The notes below the pieces were generated by a model. The model was not told where the DNA came from. It was given only the letters and a program-made list of their open reading frames with translations, and did not search any database. Positions 23,188-29,793 of a DNA stretch of 38,582 nt are shown piece after piece; the stretch's first letter is position 1; each line of letters opens with the position of its first letter. Source of the stretch: a virus. The position numbers and the translations under genes were made by a program. Location of the stretch: positions 1 through 38,582 of IMG/VR virus record IMGVR_UViG_3300045988_041360; one strand, written 5' to 3'.

Positions 23188-23672
23188 TGGAGACCATCCA
23201 GCCCCGGACCCGGGCGGCAGTGCTCCGGATCGCGGGTTGGCAGGAGGGCGTCGTTGAGACGCCCTCCTGCTCCAACAAGGTCAAGTACAACGATGCCTAT
23301 TACGGCAAGGCGGTGAGCGGCAGGGCCTTTGCATGGTGTCTGGTGTTTGTGTGGTGGGTATTCCGGGAGGCGGGGTTCAACCTCTACAAAACCGCCAGCT
23401 GCACGACCTTTGTGAACCGCTACCGGGCTTTTTCCCCCGGCCAGATCGTCATGGGGGACTATAAGCCGGGGGATATCGTGTTTTTTGATTTTTCCGGGAA
23501 GCGGAAAAAGACCGAGCACTGCGGGATCGTGACGGCGGTGGACGGCGGCAACGTGCGCACCGTTGAGGGCAACACCGGCACCGGCAACGACGCCAACGGC
23601 GGGGCCGTCATGCGGCGGACGCGGCGTGTTGGGCTGGTGACCTGCGCGATCAGACCGGGCTATCCGGACTAA
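23187..23672 (+). CDS. CHAP-domain peptidoglycan hydrolase (endolysin), no obvious cell-wall-binding domain
   Basis: Catalytic-type motifs AFAWCLVFVWW (Cys) and EHCGIVTAVDGGNVRTVEGNT (His). Confidence 0.85.
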   Translation: METIQPRTRAAVLRIAGWQEGVVETPSCSNKVKYNDAYYGKAVSGRAFAWCLVFVWWVFREAGFNLYKTASCTTFVNRYRAFSPGQIVMGDYKPGDIVFFDFSGKRKKTEHCGIVTAVDGGNVRTVEGNTGTGNDANGGAVMRRTRRVGLVTCAIRPGYPD

Positions 23673-23743
23673 ACTGTAAAGGAGGGCACAGGCGATGACA
23701 ACATCCACGCGGGAAACCCGCGCTCTGCAAGTCTGGACACACC

Positions 23744-23980
23744 ATGAACAAGACGCACCAGGAGATCCGGGCGCTGTTGTCATCTATGGCGCCCATGAGA
23801 GCGGAGCAGGCCGTCCGGCTGGTGGCTCTGCCCCCTGACGAGGAAACGGCGGTTCTGGCGGTGGACGTCCACGGCCAAAGCTGCCTCCAAACGGCGGAGC
23901 GGCTGCATGTGAGCGTAGACGGCCTTGCCAAGATCCGGCGGCGTGCCTACGCCAAGATCGCGGATGATATTAGAGGATAA
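23744..23980 (+). CDS. Sigma-70 region-4-like HTH protein (78 aa)
   Basis: EETAVLAVDVHGQSCLQTAERLHVSVDGLAKIRRRAYAKI resembles sigma region 4.2; no SD upstream of the ATG. Confidence 0.5.
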   Translation: MNKTHQEIRALLSSMAPMRAEQAVRLVALPPDEETAVLAVDVHGQSCLQTAERLHVSVDGLAKIRRRAYAKIADDIRG

Positions 23981-23983
23981 GAG

Positions 23984-24014
23984 AGGAGCGCGGTCCGATT
24001 TGGACCGCGCTCCT
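23984..24014. terminator. Bidirectional terminator hairpin between convergent genes
   Basis: AGGAGCGCGGTCC-gattt-GGACCGCGCTCCT, a perfect 13-bp stem. Confidence 0.75.
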
Positions 24015-24018
24015 TATG

Positions 24019-24357
24019 TTAGCATGCGTATTTTTGCCAGTAAGGATCTTGATGGACCTGCTGTATCTTGCGGATAGTTTGCGTGGTCCACCATTTGTCT
24101 TTGTAATAGTACTGTGTGTTGTCTCGCACTCCTAGCTCGGCGTCCACCTCTAACTCTGTGATTTTGTTATGGTCGCCAAAATCACAGGGCCGCAGATGCT
24201 CTTTCCCGATGCGGTAGCGGGACCGGTTCCCAGATTTCCAAACTGATAATTCCTCAATTTGCCAATAGCCCTCGATGTCGTAGATAATGTACCCCTCTTG
24301 CTGGCCAACGTCCAGGCGGCCCTCAAAGCTGCGGTAAACCTCTTTCATGTCGCTCAT
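24019..24357 (-). CDS. Hypothetical W/Y-rich protein (109-112 aa), last gene of the minus-strand accessory operon
   Basis: ORF track. The ATG at 24348 (MKEVYR...) has better SD spacing (AGAGGA) than the one at 24357. Confidence 0.6.
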   Translation of the reverse strand: MSDMKEVYRSFEGRLDVGQQEGYIIYDIEGYWQIEELSVWKSGNRSRYRIGKEHLRPCDFGDHNKITELEVDAELGVRDNTQYYYKDKWWTTQTIRKIQQVHQDPYWQKYAC

Positions 24358-24388
24358 CCTCTTTTCTTAACCTTCTGCTCAATTTATT

Positions 24389-24670
24389 TTATATCAAGGA
24401 TCGTACGTCCACTCCCAAGGCATCTGCCAATGCAATGATGTTTTTGGCGGTGAGGTTCCCGGCCTCCGCCTCGCCCAGCTCCACCCGCTGGATCTGGCGG
24501 ATATTAACATCGGACTGCTTGGACAACTCTGCCTGGGTCAGCCCCGCCATGCGGCGGGACCACTCCAGTTTCGTGATGGGACGGTTTCGGCAGTCCCTGC
24601 CACAGCTAACCAGGGAGCAGGCAGTGCAGTCCCCGTCCTCGCGCTGGCAGTCTGCGTATTTCTTGCGCAT
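24389..24670 (-). CDS. XRE-family HTH regulator with an N-terminal Cys cluster
   Basis: CQREDGDCTACSLVSCGRDC followed by MAGLTQAELSKQSDVNIRQIQRVELGE...LADALGVDVRSL. Confidence 0.75.
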   Translation of the reverse strand: MRKKYADCQREDGDCTACSLVSCGRDCRNRPITKLEWSRRMAGLTQAELSKQSDVNIRQIQRVELGEAEAGNLTAKNIIALADALGVDVRSLI

Positions 24671-24682
24671 CGTTGGTCTCCT

Positions 24683-24877
24683 TTAGAGTTTGATTTCCGG
24701 TGTGTAGTATAGCACTTCGTACTTTCGATCTTGGGCGCCGACAGGCTTTCTGACGATAGCGGTTGTTTCTTCCCCGGTAACCCGCTTTACAAGCGCGTAG
24801 CCGTAAAAATAGCCGTCTTCCACAAATGTTTTTCCGGGGACCTGTTCCAGCCTTTGAATCAATTCGTTTTTCTCCAT
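24683..24877 (-). CDS. Hypothetical protein (64 aa)
   Basis: ORF track; tightly packed in the operon; GGAGG-type SD (AGGGAGGAAAG) upstream. Confidence 0.55.
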   Translation of the reverse strand: MEKNELIQRLEQVPGKTFVEDGYFYGYALVKRVTGEETTAIVRKPVGAQDRKYEVLYYTPEIKL

Positions 24878-24891
24878 CGTTCTTTCCTCCC

Positions 24892-25161
24892 TTATTTCAA
24901 ATAACGATTCGTTTGGGAAACCACGGCCATGCCGACCTGCTCCGGGGTGCTGTTGAAGTTTACGAAGCGGAGAACATCAATCAGCTTACTGGCGTACTCT
25001 ACGGAGTTGATGCGGTTGATCTGGAAGTCAATCCCCTTGTTCCACATCTCGATGTTTGCCTTGCCGAGGTCGTTGGGGTTTTCTCTCATCCACTCCAATG
25101 CGGCGATGGCTTTAACCTTGAGATCTTCGGCCCACGCGATCTGCTTCTCAGTACCCTTCAT
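24892..25161 (-). CDS. Hypothetical protein (89 aa) with an N-terminal GTEKQIAWAEDLK motif, first gene of the operon
   Basis: GGAGG SD 8 nt upstream; strong promoter upstream. Confidence 0.6.
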   Translation of the reverse strand: MKGTEKQIAWAEDLKVKAIAALEWMRENPNDLGKANIEMWNKGIDFQINRINSVEYASKLIDVLRFVNFNSTPEQVGMAVVSQTNRYLK

Positions 25162-25201
25162 AATTATTTCCTCCTTGGGTTGCCCCTCTCTTTATGCTTT
25201 T

Positions 25202-25230
25202 AATATACGCTAATATTAGCGTAAAGTCAA
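25202..25230 (-). promoter_or_regulatory. Sigma-A-type promoter (TTGACT-17-TATATT) whose spacer is filled by a perfect 16-bp palindrome ACGCTAATATTAGCGT (25207-25222)
   Basis: Read on the minus strand: TTGACTttacgctaatattagcgTATATT, about 35 nt upstream of the GGAGG/ATG of 24892..25161. Confidence 0.7.
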
Positions 25231-25293
25231 GAGAAAAGAGCAAAAAAGTCAAAATATTTTTAAGCCAGTTTGAGGGCAGAATACAGGCAGTTT

Positions 25294-25320
25294 CCGGGCA
25301 GTTTGGCTGTCCGGTTTTTT
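25294..25320 (+). terminator. Hairpin plus T6 (terminator/attenuator-like) in the leader 38 nt upstream of the 25359 ATG
   Basis: CCGGGCAG-tttgg-CTGTCCGG (one G-U pair) followed by TTTTTT. Confidence 0.5.
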
Positions 25321-25358
25321 GCTACCATTTAAGTAGATCAAGGAGGTGCCAAAACTCC

Positions 25359-25739
25359 ATGTACAGCTATTTTAATCAAAATCCCTGTGGGAAAAATGTG
25401 GGAGACTGCACTGTGCGGGCAATCTCCAAAGCTACCGGAAAAGACTGGGGTGAGACGTATCTGCGGCTTTGCATCCAGGGATACATGGACGGCGATATGC
25501 CGTCCGCCAATGCTTGCTGGGGCCGGTATCTCAGGGGCCTGGGATACAAGCGGTACATCATTCCGGATACCTGTCCGGAGTGCTACACGGTTGGGCAATT
25601 TGCCCAGGAGCATCCAACAGGCACCTATATCCTGGCTTTGTCCGGCCACGTGGTCTGCGTACAGGACGGCGTGATCTGGGACAGCTGGGACTGCAGCAAC
25701 GAGACAACTCTATATTACTGGGCCAAGGAGGAAGATTGA
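25359..25739 (+). CDS. Cargo operon gene 1: hypothetical protein with possible papain-like Cys/His/Asp residues
   Basis: AGGAGGTG SD; NVGDCTVRAISKA..., LSGHVVCVQDGVIWDSWD. Confidence 0.6.
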   Translation: MYSYFNQNPCGKNVGDCTVRAISKATGKDWGETYLRLCIQGYMDGDMPSANACWGRYLRGLGYKRYIIPDTCPECYTVGQFAQEHPTGTYILALSGHVVCVQDGVIWDSWDCSNETTLYYWAKEED

Positions 25740-25740
25740 C

Positions 25741-26196
25741 ATGGCATACACACCTTACGGTTGGCAAAATCCTTATTACGCGCCGCCCATGCCTGACAAC
25801 CTTATGCAGATGCGGCAGCCGCAAATGCAGCCGATGGCACCGCAGATGCCGCAGGTGCCCCAAGCCCCGCAGAATCCGGTGGCCCAGAGCGGCGTCCAGT
25901 GGGTCAGCGGCGAACAGGAAGCCCGCAACTGGATGATCGCTCCTAACGCTGCCGTGGCGCTGTGGGACAGCACGGCCCCCACGGTGTACCTCAAGCAGGC
26001 AGATGCCAGCGGAAAGCCGTCCCTTAAAATTTACGACCTTGTAGAACGGCCTGAAATGACCCCAGGAGCACCGCAAATCAAAACCGGGGAATATGTCACC
26101 CGGAAAGAATTTGACGCTCTGGTGGCCCTTGTGGGCGAAATTCGGGGCAAAGAAAAGCCCGCGAAGAAAGTAAAGGAGGCTGACGCTGATGGCTAA
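25741..26196 (+). CDS. Cargo operon gene 2: protein with a P/Q/M-rich N-terminus and a globular C-terminal half
   Basis: AAGGAGGAAG SD; PYYAPPMPDNLMQMRQPQMQPMAPQMPQVPQAPQNP then VQWVSGEQEARNWMIAPNAAVALWD. Confidence 0.65.
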   Translation: MAYTPYGWQNPYYAPPMPDNLMQMRQPQMQPMAPQMPQVPQAPQNPVAQSGVQWVSGEQEARNWMIAPNAAVALWDSTAPTVYLKQADASGKPSLKIYDLVERPEMTPGAPQIKTGEYVTRKEFDALVALVGEIRGKEKPAKKVKEADADG

Positions 26197-26407
26197 TCCT
26201 TTTTTTAAGGCCATGGGCGGCGGTCAGATGCCGGGGCCGATGGGCCAATTCCAGCGGCTTATGCAGCAATTTAACCAGTTCCGCACCACGTTTCAGGGAG
26301 ATCCAAAAGCGGAGGTGGAAAAGCTGCTGCAATCCGGCAAAATGAGCCAGCAGCAGCTGAACCAGCTGCAAGAAATGGCGAAGCAGTTTCAAAGTTTGCT
26401 TAAATAA
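26189..26407 (+). CDS. Cargo operon gene 3: 72-aa Q-rich helical protein
   Basis: AAGGAGG SD; overlaps the end of gene 2 by 8 nt. Confidence 0.6.
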   Translation: MANPFFKAMGGGQMPGPMGQFQRLMQQFNQFRTTFQGDPKAEVEKLLQSGKMSQQQLNQLQEMAKQFQSLLK

Positions 26408-26521
26408 GCAAACAAAAAGCAAAATTTAAGCAAGCATCTAAGCAAGGTATTTGATAAATCATTAGGTGAATCAACATCGTGGCCACGATTTGATTGATAA
26501 AATTTTGAAAGGAGAGATATT

Positions 26522-27253
26522 ATGTCTCTATCTGACGGTATGCCGACGATGACCATGCCTGTGGCTCCCGCCAACACCTCCGGCAGCGGAAACGGCTTTG
26601 GCTGGGGCGGTGACGGTGCATGGTGGATCATTATCCTGTTTTTGTTTGTTTTTTGCGGCTGGGGCGGCAACGGATGGGGCAACAACGGCGGCAATGGCGG
26701 CGGCGTGGTCGACGGCTATGTGCTGACATCTGACTTTGCCAATGTCGAGCGCAAGATCGACAGTGTAAATCAGGGTCTTTGCGACGGATTTTACCAGCAG
26801 GCGCAGCTTGTCAACGGCACCAACATGGCGATGGCAAACGGCTTTGCACAGGCCGAGCTTTCCCGCAGCAACCAGCAGGCGGCTCTCATGCAGCAGTTGA
26901 CTGCCATGCAGATGCAGGCCCAGCAGTGCTGCTGCGACCAGCGGGCCGACACGGCACAGATCCGGTATGACATGGCTACGCAGGGCTGCGACACCCGCAA
27001 CACCATCCAGACCGCAACGCGGGACATCATCGACAACGCCAACAGCAACAGCCGCGCAATCCTCGACTTTTTGACCCAGAGCAAGCTGCAGGATCTCCAG
27101 AGCGCCAATCAGGAGCTTCGTCTGGCTGCCTCTCAGGCCGCCCAGAACAACTATCTGATCTCCCAGCTCCGGCCCACGCCCATCCCGGCGTACCAGTCCT
27201 GCAACCCTTGGGCGGCAGGCACGTACAACGGCTGCGGTGGCTGCGGCTGCTGA
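26522..27253 (+). CDS. Cargo operon gene 4: membrane protein with G/W-rich flanks, a Q/N-rich coiled region, a CCC motif and a C-terminal NGCGGCGC
   Basis: AAAGGAGAG SD; GFGWGGDGAWWIIILFLFVFCGWGGNGWGNNGGNGGG; AQQCCCDQR; ends GTYNGCGGCGC. Confidence 0.7.
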   Translation: MSLSDGMPTMTMPVAPANTSGSGNGFGWGGDGAWWIIILFLFVFCGWGGNGWGNNGGNGGGVVDGYVLTSDFANVERKIDSVNQGLCDGFYQQAQLVNGTNMAMANGFAQAELSRSNQQAALMQQLTAMQMQAQQCCCDQRADTAQIRYDMATQGCDTRNTIQTATRDIIDNANSNSRAILDFLTQSKLQDLQSANQELRLAASQAAQNNYLISQLRPTPIPAYQSCNPWAAGTYNGCGGCGC

Positions 27254-27369
27254 CAACTGCACAACGTAGCTTCCCGGCGGTATGACCGGGATGATCGGCC
27301 CCATGCCGATACTGACAACAACGCGGCGGGGCAATAGCTCCGCCGCTGTTACATGAAAGGATTGATTTT

Positions 27370-27792
27370 ATGGCTGAGTATACTAACTCCAATATTGTTG
27401 AGGTCGCGGCAGGCCAAAATGTGCCGCTGACTGAGACATCGGTCAACAGCAAGCACTGCATCGTGCACCGTGAGGGCGCGGGCATTGTGACCCTGCGGGG
27501 CCTCACCAACCAGTGCAAGGCCCGTTTCCGGGTGACGTTTGGCGGCAACATTGCTATCCCCACCGGCGGCACGGTGGAGGCCATTACCGCCGCGCTTGCT
27601 ATCAACGGTGAGCCGCTGACCAGCGCCACGGCTACCGTAACCCCGGCGGCGGTGGAGAACTATTTTAACATTTTTGTCAGCGCCATTGTGGAGGTGCCTC
27701 GGGGCTGCTGCCTGACGGTGGCCATGGAAAATACCAGCACACAGGCGATTAACTTTGCCAACTCCAACCTGACTGTTGACCGTGTGTCGTGA
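27370..27792 (+). CDS. Cargo operon gene 5: beta-rich 140-aa protein (jelly-roll-like guess)
   Basis: ORF track; alternating beta-strand pattern; PRGCCLTVAMEN. Confidence 0.6.
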   Translation: MAEYTNSNIVEVAAGQNVPLTETSVNSKHCIVHREGAGIVTLRGLTNQCKARFRVTFGGNIAIPTGGTVEAITAALAINGEPLTSATATVTPAAVENYFNIFVSAIVEVPRGCCLTVAMENTSTQAINFANSNLTVDRVS

Positions 27793-27805
27793 AAGGAGAC
27801 GGATT

Positions 27806-28189
27806 ATGCGAGATTATGATGATCTGCGGGAGATGCTGTGCAAGGAATTGGACGATCTCTACGATGAAACCGCTAAGAAGGGCGGCGTAAATGCTGCTGA
27901 TCTGGATGCCATCCGGGATATTACCAGTGCCATCAAAAACACCTACAAAATTGAGATGTTTGAGGGCGGCGACTACTCCCGCGATGGAGACTGGGGCGCC
28001 AGCATCCGGGGCACCTATGGCCGGGGGAATTCCTATGCGCGGCGCGGCACCCATTATGTGCGGGGCCACTACAGCCGTGGGAATAGTCAGGAGCGGATGC
28101 GCATGCAACTGGAGGACATGATGCGGGAGGCTGATACTGACGCTGCCCGCGATGCAATCCGCCGCTGCATGGATGCTCTTGGAGACTAA
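27806..28189 (+). CDS. Cargo operon gene 6: helical protein with a central R/G/Y/S-rich segment
   Basis: ATG 27806 after GAAAGGAGA; GGDYSRDGDWGASIRGTYGRGNSYARRGTHYVRGHYSRGNS. Confidence 0.6.
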   Translation: MRDYDDLREMLCKELDDLYDETAKKGGVNAADLDAIRDITSAIKNTYKIEMFEGGDYSRDGDWGASIRGTYGRGNSYARRGTHYVRGHYSRGNSQERMRMQLEDMMREADTDAARDAIRRCMDALGD

Positions 28190-28204
28190 AGGGGGTATGC
28201 CCCC

Positions 28205-28510
28205 ATGGTCGACGAACGCGAACTGTCGTTATGGATTAGCCGGTTAGAAACAGAGGAGTCCAGTTGGGCAAACTATGAAAAGCTGGCGGCGCTGTATATT
28301 ATCCAAAACCAGAACCGGGAACCGATAAGGGAAAGCCGTATGGTTGAGGCTTATTCTGAGGCCCCCGCGCCTGACAGCGATTTCCTCCGGGCGGTGTCTA
28401 ACGTTGACCCGGCCCGTGCGTGGGAAGTCATGGACGAGCTGATGGATAGCTTGAAAGTGGTCAACGAGCGGGTTTATAATAGCGTCATGCGGAAATTGGA
28501 AGCGTTATAA
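28205..28510 (+). CDS. Cargo operon gene 7: hypothetical helical protein (101 aa)
   Basis: ORF track; followed by a terminator. Confidence 0.55.
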   Translation: MVDERELSLWISRLETEESSWANYEKLAALYIIQNQNREPIRESRMVEAYSEAPAPDSDFLRAVSNVDPARAWEVMDELMDSLKVVNERVYNSVMRKLEAL

Positions 28511-28516
28511 AAACGT

Positions 28517-28538
28517 CCCCCGCCTGTATAGGCGGGGG
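28517..28538 (+). terminator. Terminator hairpin at the end of the cargo operon
   Basis: CCCCCGCC-tgtata-GGCGGGGG followed by cgcttta. Confidence 0.6.
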
Positions 28539-28546
28539 CGCTTTAT

Positions 28547-28591
28547 CATCTGTAAATTTCATCTGTAATTTCATCTGTAATTTGATTGTAA
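28547..28591 (+). repeat. Three direct copies of CATCTGTAA (28547, 28560, 28572) plus a degenerate fourth (TGATTGTAA, 28583); candidate integrase arm-type sites (P arm)
   Basis: Read directly: tCATCTGTAAatttCATCTGTAAtttCATCTGTAAtttGATTGTAA. Confidence 0.7.
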
Positions 28592-28667
28592 AAATGCGCT
28601 TTTTCATGTAAAAAAACGTCAAACCTTGTTGCTTTTAAAATGGCTGAACCCGTTGAAATATAAAGAA

Positions 28668-28696
28668 AACCCCGCAATCACAAGGATTGCGGGGTT
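28668..28696 (-). terminator. Terminator belonging to the tRNA fragment (minus strand)
   Basis: AACCCCGCAATC-5 nt-GATTGCGGGGTT, followed on the minus strand by TTCTTTAT. Confidence 0.6.
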
Positions 28697-28723
28697 GGTC
28701 CGAGTGGCGGGAGTCGAACCCGC
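28696..28723 (-). other. attP: attP core candidate: 3' end of a tRNA (T arm, acceptor 3' strand, ACCA); C1-G72/A73 geometry, Pro-like
   Basis: The minus strand reads GCGGGTTCGACTCCCGC-CACTCGG-A-CCA. No matching 5' half is present, so it is a fragment. Confidence 0.65.
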
Positions 28724-28760
28724 ACAAATAACGACTACAACCGTTGGAAACACAAGGTTT

Positions 28761-29792
28761 TTAATTGTTCATCTGTAATTTTATCTGTAATTCTTTTTCG
28801 AAATAGCGATCGAGGTTATCTGCAACCTGCTTTGATTTCTTGCTAATTGTATGCTGATACACGTTTTTAAGCATATTGTTTGTGGCGTGTCCCATTCGCT
28901 CCATAGCGTATTTGTCTGGCACGTTCTGTTCAAGCATTACAGATGCGTTGACGTGGCGCAGATCGTGAAAGCGGAATGGAGGGATATCATGGCGGATACA
29001 AGCGCGTCTTAAATGGTTATACATGGCGCTGCGGGTGTAGTGCACGATATATTCGTCTGTGCGCGGCGTTTCCTTCAGTAGGTGCATTATGTATGGAGGG
29101 ATCTGCAAGCGTCGGTTTCCGCTGTATGTTTTCGGCTGCTTTAACTCAGGCCCGTTTTCACCTTCAACGAGTGCTTGCTTGATGATAAGCGTATTCCCAT
29201 CAATGCAATCCCATGTCAGGCCGCGAATCTCCGATGTTCTTAGACCAAGCCAGACGGCCAGCAGAAACGGCAGCTCAAATTGTTTCCCACGGCAATCCTC
29301 ATGCAGTGTCCGGATCTGGTCCATGGTGGGTATTTTGATTTTTGGAGCTTCCTTCTGTGGCAGCGTAATGCGGAACATCCGATCTGGGAAATATTCTGCC
29401 ATTGCTGCGGTGAACAACCCGTAGGCATTGCGGACGTATTTAGGCGATTTGGAGCGAGCCATTTTATTGACGGCCCGTTGTACACGCTCTTGCGAAATGC
29501 TATCCGCTGGATCATCCATGATTTCCTGGAAAACGGATTTGCGGAGCTTTTTATACCCATTGATCGTAGTAGGGGATAGAACGGTATCTTTGCTGGAGAT
29601 GTATCTATCGATTACTTCTCCAACGGTGAACCTTGTTTTTATCTTGGCGGCTTTGGCACCAGACTTGATGGCGGCAGCTTCATTTTCAGCTTCTCGCTTG
29701 GTCGGAGCCGTGATGGAGAGACGCTTCCCGTCTATCATGATGTTGATATACCATGAGCCGGACGGCAACTTTACCGCCTTCGGTATCTTCAT
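28761..29792 (-). CDS. int: Tyrosine integrase (site-specific recombinase, phage integrase family)
   Basis: GLRTSEIRGLTW..., HDLRHVNASVMLEQNV..., MGHATNNMLKNVYQH (R...HxxR...Y catalytic pattern) and an N-terminal SAM-like/arm-binding domain. Confidence 0.95.
   Translation of the reverse strand: MKIPKAVKLPSGSWYINIMIDGKRLSITAPTKREAENEAAAIKSGAKAAKIKTRFTVGEVIDRYISSKDTVLSPTTINGYKKLRKSVFQEIMDDPADSISQERVQRAVNKMARSKSPKYVRNAYGLFTAAMAEYFPDRMFRITLPQKEAPKIKIPTMDQIRTLHEDCRGKQFELPFLLAVWLGLRTSEIRGLTWDCIDGNTLIIKQALVEGENGPELKQPKTYSGNRRLQIPPYIMHLLKETPRTDEYIVHYTRSAMYNHLRRACIRHDIPPFRFHDLRHVNASVMLEQNVPDKYAMERMGHATNNMLKNVYQHTISKKSKQVADNLDRYFEKELQIKLQMNN
28770..28790 (+). repeat. Two more copies of the (C/T)ATCTGTAA repeat (28770, 28782), inside the 3' end of the integrase gene (P' arm)
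   Basis: ttCATCTGTAAtttTATCTGTAAtt, same orientation as the 28547-28591 copies. Confidence 0.65.
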
Positions 29793-29793
29793 A

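Noticed and set aside
28547-28591. A CRISPR array, considered for the ATCTGTAA repeats, the AATCCAG x5 run at 36231 and the Gly-codon repeats at 21341
   Set aside because: The repeat units are 7-28 nt with no unique spacers of CRISPR size, and there are no cas genes. The contexts (attP arms, a replication gene, a glycine-rich coding region) explain them better.
28696-28723. The tmRNA (ssrA) 3' end as the integration target
   Set aside because: The fragment ends CACTCGGACCA rather than the tmRNA-type ...TCCACCA with a G1-initiated acceptor stem. The geometry fits an ordinary tRNA with C1-G72 (Pro-like).
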